From: Coraliomargarita sp.
GTDB taxonomy: Bacteria > Verrucomicrobiota > Verrucomicrobiia > Opitutales > Coraliomargaritaceae
Assembly: GCA_965216325.1 (NCBI GenBank)
Contig: OZ244160.1
Coordinates: 2,272,001 to 2,336,000 of the forward strand
Length of the DNA stretch: 64,000 bases
Direction of reading: 5' to 3'
Part shown: positions 48,035 to 60,794 of the stretch, one piece after another
Position numbering within the stretch: the first letter of the stretch is position 1
Layout: each line of letters starts with the position of its first letter
Notes under the pieces: model-generated
The model's input: the letters and a program-made list of their open reading frames with translations, nothing else
What the model was told of the DNA's origin: nothing
Databases searched by the model: none
Made by a program: the position numbers and the translations under genes

Positions 48035-48967
48035 TCAACCTTCAACGCTATCGGTAATTCCAAAGATGGCGTTGGCGTAGTTTTGGGCGGAGAAGGGTTG
48101 GAGATCGTCCGGTTGTTCGCCTAGGCCGACAAAGTAGATCGGGAGTTTTAACTCTCGATAGATGCCGACGAGTGCGCCGCCGCGGCTGGTGCCGTCGAGT
48201 TTGGTGATGATCAAGCCAGTGAGCGGGAAGCTTTGGTTGAACACGCGGGCTTGCTCGATGGAGTTGGAGCCGAGGCTGCCGTCGACTACGAGCCAGCTGT
48301 GGTGTGGTGCGCTTTCGTCCTGCTTCTTGATGACGCGTTGGAACTTCTCCAACTCCTTCATCAGGTTGTTCTTGGTGTGCAGGCGACCGGCAGTGTCGAG
48401 GATGACGATATCCCTGCCACGGCTGACGGCGGCTTCGTAGGCATCATAAGCGACGGCTGCGGAGTCGGCGCCGTGTTGGCTGGAGACGATGTCGATGTTG
48501 AGGCGCTCGGCCCAGTGCTTAATCTGTTCGTTGGCTGCTGCACGGAAGGTATCGCAGGCGCCGAGTAGAATGCTGTATCCGTCATTTTGATACATGTGGC
48601 CCAGCTTGGCAGATGTGGTGGTCTTACCTGCGCCGTTGACGCCGATCAATGCGATGACCTCGGGCTTATGTTCGCCGACGTTGACGCGACCTTCGGCGCC
48701 TTCGAGCACGCGGGCGAGCACGGTGGCGCCGATCTTGGCAGCGTCTTCGCCGCGGATCTCCTTGTCGGCCTTATAGGCGGCTTTGATTTCGTCGATGATT
48801 TCCTCGACCGTCTCTACGCCAAAGTCGGCGGTGTAGAGGGCTTCTTCGAGTTCATCGAGTGCATCTTGATCCAGCTTGGCGCCGGAGAGCACTTTATCGA
48901 AAGCCTTGTGAAAGGTAGGGGTCTGCTTCTTGAGCCCCTCTTTGAATTTGCGGAAAAGACTGCGCAT
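48035..48967 (-). CDS. ftsY: Signal recognition particle receptor FtsY
   Basis: GVNGAGKTT, DTAGR, TKLDG. Confidence 0.95.
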   Translation of the reverse strand: MRSLFRKFKEGLKKQTPTFHKAFDKVLSGAKLDQDALDELEEALYTADFGVETVEEIIDEIKAAYKADKEIRGEDAAKIGATVLARVLEGAEGRVNVGEHKPEVIALIGVNGAGKTTTSAKLGHMYQNDGYSILLGACDTFRAAANEQIKHWAERLNIDIVSSQHGADSAAVAYDAYEAAVSRGRDIVILDTAGRLHTKNNLMKELEKFQRVIKKQDESAPHHSWLVVDGSLGSNSIEQARVFNQSFPLTGLIITKLDGTSRGGALVGIYRELKLPIYFVGLGEQPDDLQPFSAQNYANAIFGITDSVEG

Positions 48968-49123
48968 CGGTCTATCTTACGTCGGTTGGTAACCGTTAAT
49001 TTACCTGAATTAACGTTAATTTTTGATGAGTGGATACGTCTGTTTTTGTGAGTGCTACGTATGATTAACGTAAATTGACGTTAATTAACGGTTCAAATAC
49101 CCGAGCATCAGCAATCTGGTTGC

Positions 49124-49585
49124 TTAGTCGGCTGCCTTGCGGAGTGGGCGGTTGATCTTCTCCTTCATCTTATCGAGGATGCCGTTTATGAAGCGCTTGG
49201 AGTCTGGATTTGAGAAGGTCTTACTTAGGTCGATCGCTTCGTTGATGCTGACGATCGGTGGAATGTCGGTGCGGTGGAGCAATTCGTGGATCGCGAGGCG
49301 GAGAATGGATAGGTCAACTTTGGCGATGCGGTCGAAGGTCCAGTTTTTCGCGTGGCTCATGATCTCGTCATCAATCTTGTCGATGTTGTCGATCGCGCCA
49401 TGGATGAGCTCCTCAGCGAAGGCGTAGTAGTCGCGGCTGAACTCTTGGTCTTCGATGAAGACGCGCAGCGCATCGTTGAGCTCTTCAGGTTTGTTGAGCT
49501 CCCACTGGTAGAGGAATTGCACCGCACAGGTGCGGCAGTCGCGGCGTTGTGAGCGCTTGTTTACTTTCGGTGCTTGTTCGTCCAT
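49124..49585 (-). CDS. nusB: Transcription antitermination factor NusB
   Basis: VSINEAIDLSK, FINGILD. Confidence 0.93.
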   Translation of the reverse strand: MDEQAPKVNKRSQRRDCRTCAVQFLYQWELNKPEELNDALRVFIEDQEFSRDYYAFAEELIHGAIDNIDKIDDEIMSHAKNWTFDRIAKVDLSILRLAIHELLHRTDIPPIVSINEAIDLSKTFSNPDSKRFINGILDKMKEKINRPLRKAAD

Positions 49586-50040
49586 TTTGATTGAAATTGG
49601 GCCATTTCGAGGGCGGCCAGTGCGAACTCGCGTCCGCGGTTGATTTGTGTGCCGGCGCGTTGCTCGGCTTGTTCGTGGGTTTCGACTACGGTGATGCCGT
49701 TGATGACGGGCACTTGTTGGTCGATGGAAATTTGGTGGAGGGCGGTCGCGCAGCTGTCGCCGATCACGTTGTGGTGGTTGGTGGCTCCTGCGATGACGAG
49801 GCCAATGGCGATGATGGCGTCGAACTCTCCAGTTCGTGCTAGTGTGGCGACGGCGTAGGGTAGTTCGTTGGAGCCGGGCGTGCGCTCGATGGTGGGCTCA
49901 GGGGCTCCGGCAGCGGTCAGGGCCTCGCAGGCATGGTGCAGCAGCGAGTCGACAAGCGTTTCGTTAAAGCGCGCGGCGACGATGGCGACGCGGAAGGCGC
50001 TGCCGTCGATTTCTATTTGACTGGGACTGTCGAGACTCAT
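49561..50040 (-). CDS. ribH: 6,7-dimethyl-8-ribityllumazine synthase
   Basis: ARFN, PGSNELP; upstream of nusB. Confidence 0.9.
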   Translation of the reverse strand: MSLDSPSQIEIDGSAFRVAIVAARFNETLVDSLLHHACEALTAAGAPEPTIERTPGSNELPYAVATLARTGEFDAIIAIGLVIAGATNHHNVIGDSCATALHQISIDQQVPVINGITVVETHEQAEQRAGTQINRGREFALAALEMAQFQSKWTNKHRK

Positions 50041-50086
50041 GAAGCGCGTAGATGAAGACGGTTCCCGTGGGGGGTGGCAAGACTAA

Positions 50087-50164
50087 GTAGGGGCGTGCCT
50101 TGGGACGCCCGAAGTGTGGGATTTGTGGCTTTGGATCGGCGGGCGTCGTAAGCAACGCCCCTAC
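50087..50164. repeat. GTAG REP doublet
   Basis: GTAGGGGCGT..ACGCCC ... GGGCGTCGTAAGCAACGCCCCTAC. Confidence 0.75.
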
Positions 50165-50225
50165 GGTTGAGATTTTTGCCTCTTTTTGCTTCTAACTTCC
50201 AACTTCCAGCTTCTAACTCCTTTCC

Positions 50226-51341
50226 ATGTTCACATTGCTCAAAGAAGATGGCGCGGCTCGTCGCGGTGTTTTAAAGACCCGTCATGGGGAGATCCAGACG
50301 CCGATTTTCATGCCGGTTGGCACTCAGGCCACGGTTAAAGGGATGACGCCTGCGCAGATCGAAGAGGTCGGCGCGCAGATCATTTTGGGTAATACCTACC
50401 ACCTGAACATTCGTCCGGGCTCTAAGCTGGTCGAGGAAATGGGTGGCCTGCACAAGTTCATGAATTGGGATAAGCCGATCCTGACCGACAGTGGCGGTTT
50501 CCAGGTATTCAGCTTGTCCAAGCTGCGCAAGATTACCGAAAAGGGTATCGAATTCCGCTCACACTTGGACGGGCGCAAGTTGTTTCTCGATCCGAAGGGT
50601 TGCTATCAGATTCAGGCCGAGCTCGGCGCGGATATCGCGATGGTGCTCGATGAGTGCCCGCCGTTTCCGTGCGACCGTGATGCCTGCGAAAGCGCCGTGA
50701 AGCGCACCATCCGATGGGCGGGTGAGTTTCTCGATCATGCGACGGATCAGGGCTTCATTGAGCGTGGCCACCATGTGTTTGGCATCATTCAGGGCTCCAC
50801 CTATGACGATCTGCGTCAGCACTGTGGACAGGCGCTCGCGGAAATGGATTTCCCAGGCTACGCCGTGGGCGGCGTGAGTGTCGGTGAGCCGGAGGAAGAG
50901 ATGATCAAGCAGGTCGCGGCCTGTGCACCCGTGATGCCAAAAAACAAGCCGCGCTATGTCATGGGCGTTGGTACCCCGCCGCAGCTACTGAAAATGATCG
51001 GGCTCGGCATGGATATGTTCGACTGTGTGATGCCGACGCGGCTCGCGCGTCATGCGAATGCATTTACGCCGTATGGCACGATCAATTTGAAGAATGAGCG
51101 CTTCAAGTTCGACTCGAACCCGATCATGGAGGCGGACAACTACACCTGCCGCAATTTCAGCCGTTCGTATCTGCGTCACTTGATCATGGCGAAGGAGCTG
51201 TTGGCTTCGACGCTACTGTCGATCCACAACGTGCACTTTTTCTTGGATCTCATGAGCCAAGCACGCGCCCACATTGAGGCGGGTGATTATGCGAGCTGGA
51301 GTAAGGCCTGGATCGATCGCTACAACGCGGGGGAGAGTTAA
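50226..51341 (+). CDS. tgt: tRNA-guanine transglycosylase
   Basis: TPIFMPVGT, TDSGGFQVFSL, DMFDCVMPTR. Confidence 0.95.
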   Translation: MFTLLKEDGAARRGVLKTRHGEIQTPIFMPVGTQATVKGMTPAQIEEVGAQIILGNTYHLNIRPGSKLVEEMGGLHKFMNWDKPILTDSGGFQVFSLSKLRKITEKGIEFRSHLDGRKLFLDPKGCYQIQAELGADIAMVLDECPPFPCDRDACESAVKRTIRWAGEFLDHATDQGFIERGHHVFGIIQGSTYDDLRQHCGQALAEMDFPGYAVGGVSVGEPEEEMIKQVAACAPVMPKNKPRYVMGVGTPPQLLKMIGLGMDMFDCVMPTRLARHANAFTPYGTINLKNERFKFDSNPIMEADNYTCRNFSRSYLRHLIMAKELLASTLLSIHNVHFFLDLMSQARAHIEAGDYASWSKAWIDRYNAGES

Positions 51342-51946
51342 AGTAGAAGATCCGTCTCGCGCTGCAGCCAGCGGTGGAGATTCTGTGTGATCAATTTGCA
51401 AGCATTTAGCTGCTCCAGCGATGCATTTTCCGGGGCGGGTTGATTAATGAGTGCTTTGGCGGCTTCGCGTAGTTCATTCGGCACTTGCGGCCACCAGGAT
51501 TCGCGCACGGGGTAGCCTTCGCCCTGAAGCAAGAGGTAGATGCTTTTGAGGTAGATGATGGACGGCGGCTTGGCTTCACCGAAGGCGTTAAAACTGCGCT
51601 CGGCAAGTTGATAGAGTAGTGCCGGGTCGGGCATGTGTGTGGCGTTTTTGGCCAGCAGAGTGGCGAAGTTGGAGGCGTGTTGCAGGGCGCGATAGGAGCT
51701 ACCAATGTTTTCACGGCGGTGCATGACGCGATAGTCGCGAACGAAGCGGGTGTTGCCACTCTTGGCGGTTTCGAGCTGAAGCTCGGCAGTATCGAAGAGG
51801 TCCGGGCGGTCCTTGGTGGGGGCTTTGCTGGAGACGCGCTTCAGGCAAACGAAGCTGCCGGCATCAGGGCTCAATACGTGTAGCGTCAGAAAGGATTCAC
51901 CTGATTGGGCGACCCGAAGCACGAGTGCTGTATGAACTTCGAACAT
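51338..51946 (-). CDS. RecO-like DNA repair protein
   Basis: N-terminal ALVLR...GES resembling the RecO OB-fold; weak similarity. Confidence 0.5.
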   Translation of the reverse strand: MFEVHTALVLRVAQSGESFLTLHVLSPDAGSFVCLKRVSSKAPTKDRPDLFDTAELQLETAKSGNTRFVRDYRVMHRRENIGSSYRALQHASNFATLLAKNATHMPDPALLYQLAERSFNAFGEAKPPSIIYLKSIYLLLQGEGYPVRESWWPQVPNELREAAKALINQPAPENASLEQLNACKLITQNLHRWLQRETDLLL

Positions 51947-51973
51947 TGAACGCCCAACTTCGAATGGTGAATG

Positions 51974-52645
51974 CTAGTTTGTCTCGAGGGCTTTCGGGTT
52001 TTGGATGGTCACGGCTTCGTCGCTTTCGGGGGGCACGACGGCACCGCCGGAAATGATCAGCTTCATGCCATCAGCGACGGACATGTCGAGGCGCGTGATG
52101 TCTTCCTCGGGAACCATGAGCAGGAATCCACTGGTCGGATTTGGGGTGGTGGGCACGAATATATTGAGTATATGTTCTCCCGTGACACTCTGTGGTTCTC
52201 CTTTGGCCTCACTGGTTAGGAAGCCCAGCACGTAGCAACGTTTGCGTGGGTATTCCAGTAGCACTGCTTCTTGGAAGACGGCTTTCTGCTGTTTGCTGAA
52301 GGTTTCAACGATCTGCTTAACGGTGCGATAGACTGTGTTGATGAAGGGAACCCGATCCAGAATGTTCTCAAAGAGGTTCAGGATGACGCGCCCAAAGACG
52401 AAGCGTGAGCTGTAGCCGACGAGTGTGATCAGCAGGAAAACGATGAGCACGGAGAGTAATTGCAGGAACCATTCAACGGTCTCAGTGCCCCAGTTGAGCG
52501 AACTGAGGTCGATGCCACTGAAGAAGAAATTGCTGGCAGGCTTGCCGAGGCGATCGACGAGAAAGTTGATCACGATGATGGTCACGCCAAGAGGTAGGAT
52601 GACGAGGACGCCGGTGATGAATGCGTTGCGTAGAGAGCGAAACAT
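51974..52645 (-). CDS. DUF502 membrane protein
   Basis: FVPTTPNPTSGFL, MKLIISGG. Confidence 0.88.
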   Translation of the reverse strand: MFRSLRNAFITGVLVILPLGVTIIVINFLVDRLGKPASNFFFSGIDLSSLNWGTETVEWFLQLLSVLIVFLLITLVGYSSRFVFGRVILNLFENILDRVPFINTVYRTVKQIVETFSKQQKAVFQEAVLLEYPRKRCYVLGFLTSEAKGEPQSVTGEHILNIFVPTTPNPTSGFLLMVPEEDITRLDMSVADGMKLIISGGAVVPPESDEAVTIQNPKALETN

Positions 52646-52757
52646 AGTTGGCGAAACGCTAGGTGCTTTCCAGTGGGCTGCAAGTATTACAATGGTGCGA
52701 TCTTAGGCGCGGCGAGCAGGCTTGCATGCTTGGGCATCGTGAGCATTGCTTTGACGG

Positions 52758-53339
52758 ATGAAAAACTTGCACCACGATTACGACGGTCTCATTTTCGATA
52801 TGGACGGCACTCTGGCAGACACCATGCCAACGCATTTTGTCGCGTGGTCAAAATCCATGGCGAAATATGGCTTAGTGCTCACTGAAGAGCGTTTCTATGC
52901 GCTTGGTGGCGTGCCGGCAAATAAGATCATCCGTCTGCTGGCTGAAGAGCAGGGCGTTGCCGGCGTCGATGCGGATGCCATCGCAGACGAGAAGGAAGAC
53001 CTCTTTCTGGACTTGCTTGGTCAGGTGCAACCGGTGGTGCCGGTCAAAGCGATTGCCGAGTTTCACCGTGAGCATTTGCCGATGGCGGTGGCGACTGGTA
53101 GCCCGAAGTGGTGTGCCGTGAAGATTCTCAAGGCGCTCGGTATTTACGAGTGGTTTGATGCGATTGTAGGGGCGGATTGTGTGCCGAACTCAAAGCCAGC
53201 TCCGGATGTGTATTTGCGTGCGGCCGAGATGATCGGGATCGACCCAACGCGCTGCCATGCCTTTGAGGATACCAAGCTTGGAATGGAAGCTGCCGAGGCT
53301 GCGGGTATGAAGGTCGTTGATATCGCGACTTTATTATAG
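52758..53339 (+). CDS. HAD-superfamily phosphatase (beta-PGM/YqaB family)
   Basis: FDMDGTL, KPAPDVY, FED. Confidence 0.88.
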   Translation: MKNLHHDYDGLIFDMDGTLADTMPTHFVAWSKSMAKYGLVLTEERFYALGGVPANKIIRLLAEEQGVAGVDADAIADEKEDLFLDLLGQVQPVVPVKAIAEFHREHLPMAVATGSPKWCAVKILKALGIYEWFDAIVGADCVPNSKPAPDVYLRAAEMIGIDPTRCHAFEDTKLGMEAAEAAGMKVVDIATLL

Positions 53340-53398
53340 CTTAGCTTTTGTTTGCTGGGAGTTGAAGAGTCCGCGGACTTGTTTAAGCTACTGTTTCA

Positions 53399-53773
53399 AT
53401 GGCATACACGATACGATGGGGCAATCACGGTCTGGTCTGGACGTATTCCGGAGTGCTGACCGGCGAGGAGCTGATTAAGTCAAATATCGAGATCTATGGG
53501 GACGAACGCTTTCCCGACCTGTATTATCAGATCGTGGATTTGCGTGGGGTTCGGGAATTTAAAGTTTTGGCTGAGCATATGGAGCGGGTTGCCGAATTGG
53601 ATGCAGCCGCCTATGCAGTGAATGACCGTATTCGCGTGGCCGTTGTCACGAGCGAGATCACTGGCGCTCACATGACACGGAGCTATGAAGAGAACACGCC
53701 TGAGGATCACTGGGAGACAAAGGTGTTCAAAGACTATGCGAAGGCGGATGAGTGGGCGCATGAATTGATTTAA
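53399..53773 (+). CDS. Hypothetical protein (possibly SpoIIAA/STAS-like)
   Basis: 124 aa ORF; ends VFKDYAKADEW. Confidence 0.55.
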   Translation: MAYTIRWGNHGLVWTYSGVLTGEELIKSNIEIYGDERFPDLYYQIVDLRGVREFKVLAEHMERVAELDAAAYAVNDRIRVAVVTSEITGAHMTRSYEENTPEDHWETKVFKDYAKADEWAHELI

Positions 53774-53888
53774 TCTTAAGCTGCAAATACTTGGCGAATT
53801 AGAGGGGTAACTCTGGCCTTGAAATTGGTGCGGCTTACTATTGCTTGTCCTGTTTTCTCAATTTCAGAATTTCAGCGAAACACGACAA

Positions 53889-55103
<1,215 letters not shown>

Positions 55104-55137
55104 AGCCGTCCACACGGCAAGATGCCGCTTCGACTGT

Positions 55138-56640
55138 TTAAATTTCAGCAGGCTCTGTTACAGGCTTCTCGATCGTGCTGATCACTGGGCTTAGATAAGC
55201 GCGGCCTTCTAGAATGCCATCGAGGCGGAATGTGTATCGCTCCCCCCGGTGGGTGAAGGTCCAGTTTTCGCCGATGCGAACAACACGTTTGCCCAAAACG
55301 ACTTGATGTTCGGTCTTGTCGTTTCGTTGCAGTTCAACAAATCCCGAAATCGGCACGGACTTTGCCGCGGAGAGCCATGGATCCCAGAGTTCGTCGTCGT
55401 CTGGAACTTGGACCATGCCGCGTTTAGTGGGGACTGGCAGCATTTGCAGGATATCATCTGGCGATTCGTCACTAGTGGGGGTTCCATCCGGAACGATGCT
55501 TGTGGATGCGTGCTGCTTAGTTCCTTTTTTGCCCAATGTTCCGCCGGAGATGAACGATGCCAGTGGCATTTCGGACTTGGTTTCGAGCAGGGCAGCCATG
55601 ATGGTATTTGCCACGGGATCTTTGCCTTTGGCCTTCACGACATCGGCTTGAGCCTGAACCAGAGCGGTGTCGACGCCCGCACTCTGCAGTAAGTCGAGAA
55701 AACGCGACATCGCTTGCTTATCCTCTTCACTGACTTCGCTGCCAGTGATGTTACTGATGATGGTTGAAAAGGAGTCACTCAAACTGCGGACGTCGCCTTC
55801 CTCTTTATCCGGTAGAGGGCCGTCGATTGGTCCACCCATGTCCATTGCGAGTTGTTCCATAAAAGCGGTCATGTTGGCGACGTCCTTGGCATCGACGGAC
55901 TTGAGTGCTGATAGAGAATAGCGGTTTTCGGAAATGCCCTGTTCGGCCATAAATGCGGCCATGTCGGCTTTGTATTGGGCGCGTTCTTCGTCGCTCATTG
56001 CGGCCATAATGGCACGGCGTTCCTGAATGACTTCCATCCCTCTAGCGAAGTCCTTTTTCAGTGACGCAAATTCTTCATCCTCCGTCAGGTCGGCAATGGC
56101 ATCAAATGCCTCAGCCACAGTAGGGGGCTTTTTGCCCTTTTGGGCTTCGGCCATGGCCTTGAACGCTTCGGAGTTTTTAAGGTCTTCGATGACTTGTTTT
56201 TGTTCGTCGTATTTGTCGCCTGCCAGGTTGGCAAATTCGACGAAGGTCATGCCCTCTGGGCGCACTTTCTCCGAGAGTCTCGGCACATACTGGCTATGCG
56301 CTACACTCAGGCCTACCAACACCAATGCACAAATCGATGAGTCGATAATGGGCATCGCAAAACGAAGAAAGACCAATAGCATGGTGCCGATAAAGGTGAT
56401 GCCGAGCAAGGCAGCCAGACGGATCATGGCTGTTTGGCTCGGGAGCCACGCGTCGACGCGTGGGTCGAAGACCGTTTTGATGATCACCATACCTGCGATT
56501 ACGAGTATCGCATTTAGAAATTTGGTCTCGGCGTCGCCTTTGGAGACGATCTTGACGACGATCAGGAGCAGCTTGGCTATGATCAGAAACGAGACGAGGT
56601 GGATCGCGGCATCAATGCCCGGGACGAGGAATTCGCTCAT
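55138..56640 (-). CDS. Hypothetical membrane protein
   Basis: Four N-terminal hydrophobic helices, long soluble C-terminus. Confidence 0.65.
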   Translation of the reverse strand: MSEFLVPGIDAAIHLVSFLIIAKLLLIVVKIVSKGDAETKFLNAILVIAGMVIIKTVFDPRVDAWLPSQTAMIRLAALLGITFIGTMLLVFLRFAMPIIDSSICALVLVGLSVAHSQYVPRLSEKVRPEGMTFVEFANLAGDKYDEQKQVIEDLKNSEAFKAMAEAQKGKKPPTVAEAFDAIADLTEDEEFASLKKDFARGMEVIQERRAIMAAMSDEERAQYKADMAAFMAEQGISENRYSLSALKSVDAKDVANMTAFMEQLAMDMGGPIDGPLPDKEEGDVRSLSDSFSTIISNITGSEVSEEDKQAMSRFLDLLQSAGVDTALVQAQADVVKAKGKDPVANTIMAALLETKSEMPLASFISGGTLGKKGTKQHASTSIVPDGTPTSDESPDDILQMLPVPTKRGMVQVPDDDELWDPWLSAAKSVPISGFVELQRNDKTEHQVVLGKRVVRIGENWTFTHRGERYTFRLDGILEGRAYLSPVISTIEKPVTEPAEI

Positions 56641-56686
56641 ATTTGGTAGTTTGGTAGAGTGCGAGGGTGCGCAAATCTAGGTAAAT

Positions 56687-57442
56687 CTACCTTAAGTCCT
56701 CAAGGCCTTTTTCGTCACTGCAAATTAGGCCTGCGTCGTTGAAACTATAATAACCCATTCCTTGCGGGTCGTTTGCTTTACGACCAATGATGACGTGGTC
56801 GAGCAAGTTGATTTGGATGGTTTGAGCGGCCTCACGGAGGGTGCGCGTGATTTGGAGGTCCGCGCGACTTGGGGCGGGGTCACCGCTCGGGTGATTGTGC
56901 ACGACCGCGACGGCAGTGGCGTTGAGTTTGATGGCTTCACGAAACACTTCTCTCGGATGGACTAGAGCACTGGTTGCGGTTCCGGAGGTGCTTTCGACTT
57001 CGCGAATCAAGCGGTTCTTGCGGTCGAGGCAGAGCACCCAGAATTTTTCCACATCCAGCCCGGCTGAGCGGGTGCGAAAGTGTTTCGCGATGATGTCGGG
57101 GCTGTCATACTTGAGCTCGGTCTCTTCTTCGTCCCAGTCGCGTATGACACGCTTGGCGAGTTCCATCACCGTGACGAGTTGGGCCGCTTTGACCGTACCA
57201 ATGCCGTGGATCTGCATAAAGTCGTCGCGGGTCCAGTGCATCAGCTTAGAAAGCGAGCCTGCTTGGTTGAGCAGATTTCCCGTGAGGGTGACAATGTCGA
57301 TGCCGCGCTGGCCGCTACGCAGGATCATGGCGAGCAGCTCGCGGTCACTGAGTGCCTCTGGTCCATGGCGCTCAAGGCGCTCCTGTGGGCGCTCGCTGGC
57401 GACCATGTCTTTGATCCGGTGGCTATTGTAGACTTCTGGCAT
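56687..57442 (-). CDS. radC: RadC family JAB-domain protein
   Basis: ERPQERL, VHPREVF, HNHPSGDP, LLDHVII. Confidence 0.92.
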   Translation of the reverse strand: MPEVYNSHRIKDMVASERPQERLERHGPEALSDRELLAMILRSGQRGIDIVTLTGNLLNQAGSLSKLMHWTRDDFMQIHGIGTVKAAQLVTVMELAKRVIRDWDEEETELKYDSPDIIAKHFRTRSAGLDVEKFWVLCLDRKNRLIREVESTSGTATSALVHPREVFREAIKLNATAVAVVHNHPSGDPAPSRADLQITRTLREAAQTIQINLLDHVIIGRKANDPQGMGYYSFNDAGLICSDEKGLEDLR

Positions 57443-57595
57443 ATTATATTCAGGCTAGGGATCGTTATCCTCAACGATCCGCTTTTTTGTGGGCGGCATG
57501 CTAGGGATAGCACGCTCTACCTTATTGTTGGTTGAAATGGGACGCCTGATAGTTAAACATGTTTCATTACTCTCGCAACTATCCGAATAACTAAC

Positions 57596-58741
<1,146 letters not shown>

Positions 58742-58785
58742 AGTGCATCGCTGAAATATGAGAGCTTCGTCGAATCTGATAGAGG

Positions 58786-58901
58786 GTAGGGCTGCCTCGC
58801 CGCAGGCAGCCGTTCGCCAGGTTAGTGTGCTGTGCGAAATGGCTGTGGATCGCAGCTCTGGGCATTTTTGTCACACGGTAGCCTCGGCGAGGCTGCCCTA
58901 C
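58786..58901. repeat. GTAG REP doublet
   Basis: GTAGGGCTGCCTCGCCGCAGGCAGCC ... GGTAGCCTCGGCGAGGCTGCCCTAC. Confidence 0.75.
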
Positions 58902-58911
58902 CCATTGAGAG

Positions 58912-59694
58912 ATGCCAAGTGATTCCATACGTATCCTGACGCTGAACATCGCGCACGGTCGCGGGTTGTCGCCGTATCAGGGGATGCATACGGCAAAGAG
59001 TATTGAGCGCGGGTTACAGCGTATCGTGCGTCTACTCCAGCGTGAGTCCCCGGACATTGTTGCCATGCAGGAAGTGGATGCGGATTCACATTGGAATCGT
59101 CGAATACACTTGCTGGATTACATCGCCGAGGAGGCGGGCTATGCGCATAGCCATCTGGGCATCCATAACCGTCGTGGCGGGCGCTTGCCACTCGCCTATG
59201 GCAATGGTGTGTTGTCTAAGTTTCCTATTAAGGTCGCGGATACGCAGGCTTTTGGGCAAGCCGAGTTGGGGGAGAAGGGCTTTCTGTATACCGAAATCGA
59301 TTTGCCCACCGGACACCTGCCGATTGTGAATCTGCATTTAGACTTCCGCTCGCGTCAGCGCCGAATTGAGCAGGTCGAACGCTTGATTGATTATCTCGAA
59401 GCGCGGCATCGGGAGAAGGGTGAAGAGGTCTATTTCTCACCGATTATCTGTGGCGACTTTAATAGCAGCGCGACGAAGCAGCGTGATGCTGTGAAACACT
59501 TGATCGGCTATTTGGAAGGGCATTGTGCGTATCAACTGCTGCCGAGTGGTCGCAAGACCTTCCCATCGATTTTGCCGATGCAGAGTCTGGACTTCATCTT
59601 CGCGCCGCCGAGCTACGAGGTGCAGCGATGTGAAGTGCTACGCAGCTATGTCAGTGACCACCGACCCGTGATTGTGGACCTCAAGGTTTTGTAG
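58912..59694 (+). CDS. Endonuclease/exonuclease/phosphatase family protein
   Basis: LTLNI, MQEVD, CGDFN, SDHRPV. Confidence 0.88.
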   Translation: MPSDSIRILTLNIAHGRGLSPYQGMHTAKSIERGLQRIVRLLQRESPDIVAMQEVDADSHWNRRIHLLDYIAEEAGYAHSHLGIHNRRGGRLPLAYGNGVLSKFPIKVADTQAFGQAELGEKGFLYTEIDLPTGHLPIVNLHLDFRSRQRRIEQVERLIDYLEARHREKGEEVYFSPIICGDFNSSATKQRDAVKHLIGYLEGHCAYQLLPSGRKTFPSILPMQSLDFIFAPPSYEVQRCEVLRSYVSDHRPVIVDLKVL

Positions 59695-59715
59695 AATGGG
59701 TGTCTCTTTTATTTT

Positions 59716-59807
59716 GTGGGTGCTCCGCTTTACGGATGCACTGCGCCGTAGTCGCTGATCTGGTGTGGGGCTTTTGCTCGGCAGTGACGCACAAGTGCGC
59801 ACGCTAC
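59716..59807. repeat. REP doublet, same family as 26705-26783
   Basis: GTGGGTGCTCCGCTT..CGGATGCAC ... GTGACGCACAAGTGCGCACGCTAC. Confidence 0.7.
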
Positions 59808-59853
59808 TGTGGGACCCCGAACAACGCCGCTTAAAGGCGGGACCTCTATTGCT

Positions 59854-60579
59854 CTAAATCGGGCGGCGGATGCGGTGGCGGTATTTTTGCGCCAGTGCTT
59901 CGTTGTGCTCGGCTCCACCGTCGGCGTTCTGGCTGACGTAGGTCGGAGGTGTAACGCCCATTGCGATCAAATTCTCGATGATCTCCATGGAGAGTAGGTT
60001 CAAAATGAGTGCGCCACTCATGGTTGAGGTCGGTCCCACTTTATAGGCAAAGCCTTCGGCGTCGACTGCCGCATCGCCGGGCACGCCGCAGTTGTCGAGC
60101 ACGAGGTCTGCGAGTTCATAAAGCTTTTTGCCGGATGGGTGGCGAGAGGTGGTTGCCTTCGACATGTCGAGCGAAGTCAGCACGATGACTTTGAGTCCAG
60201 CCTCACGCGCTTCCATGGCAACTTCGATGGGGCTGGCGTTGCGGCCTGAGTTGGAAATGACGAGTACGACATCGCCGGGCTGCACGGCGTATTGGTAAGC
60301 GTAGCGCTGAAACAGGCGGGCGCCATAGCCGGCAATTTGCTCAGGCCAGCCATCGGCGGGATCGTTGATACTGCTGACGGGGACCAAGCCACCCGCGCGA
60401 CGCTCAATCTCGCAAGCGAGGATCTGGGAGTGTCCACTGCCGAAGGTGTGTAGCACGCCATCGGCTGCGATGGAGTCGGCGATGAGCTTGCCAGCTGCTT
60501 TTAAGGTGTCGGCATTGTCGGCGAAGACTTTGTCCTGTAGTGCGTTGGACGTGTCGAAGAATTGTTGGGCGAGTGACAT
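59854..60579 (-). CDS. SIS-domain sugar isomerase-like protein
   Basis: FGSGHS, RAGGL, ISNSGRN, GPTST. Confidence 0.85.
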   Translation of the reverse strand: MSLAQQFFDTSNALQDKVFADNADTLKAAGKLIADSIAADGVLHTFGSGHSQILACEIERRAGGLVPVSSINDPADGWPEQIAGYGARLFQRYAYQYAVQPGDVVLVISNSGRNASPIEVAMEAREAGLKVIVLTSLDMSKATTSRHPSGKKLYELADLVLDNCGVPGDAAVDAEGFAYKVGPTSTMSGALILNLLSMEIIENLIAMGVTPPTYVSQNADGGAEHNEALAQKYRHRIRRPI

Positions 60580-60794
60580 GTTTGTGGATGCTGAAGGTTT
60601 TGGGCGCAGGAGCAAGGACGGGAACGTATTCTTTGGGGCAAATAATGCGAGCTAGCGGTTCGATGCATTTCATCAGTTTGAGGCTCAACAATTCGAGCTA
60701 CTTTGGGTGTTAAGTAGCGCTGCTGATAAGCAGCGATTATGTAAGATTAGTGTGGTTGTTAGTATAATTAATAGGTAAGGGTTTGGGGTTTGTT

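Noticed and set aside
60719..60747. dif-like sequence GCTGCTGATAA-GCAGCGA-TTATGTAAGAT
   Set aside because: The spacer is 7 bp rather than 6 and the arms match only partly; it cannot be supported without GC-skew data.
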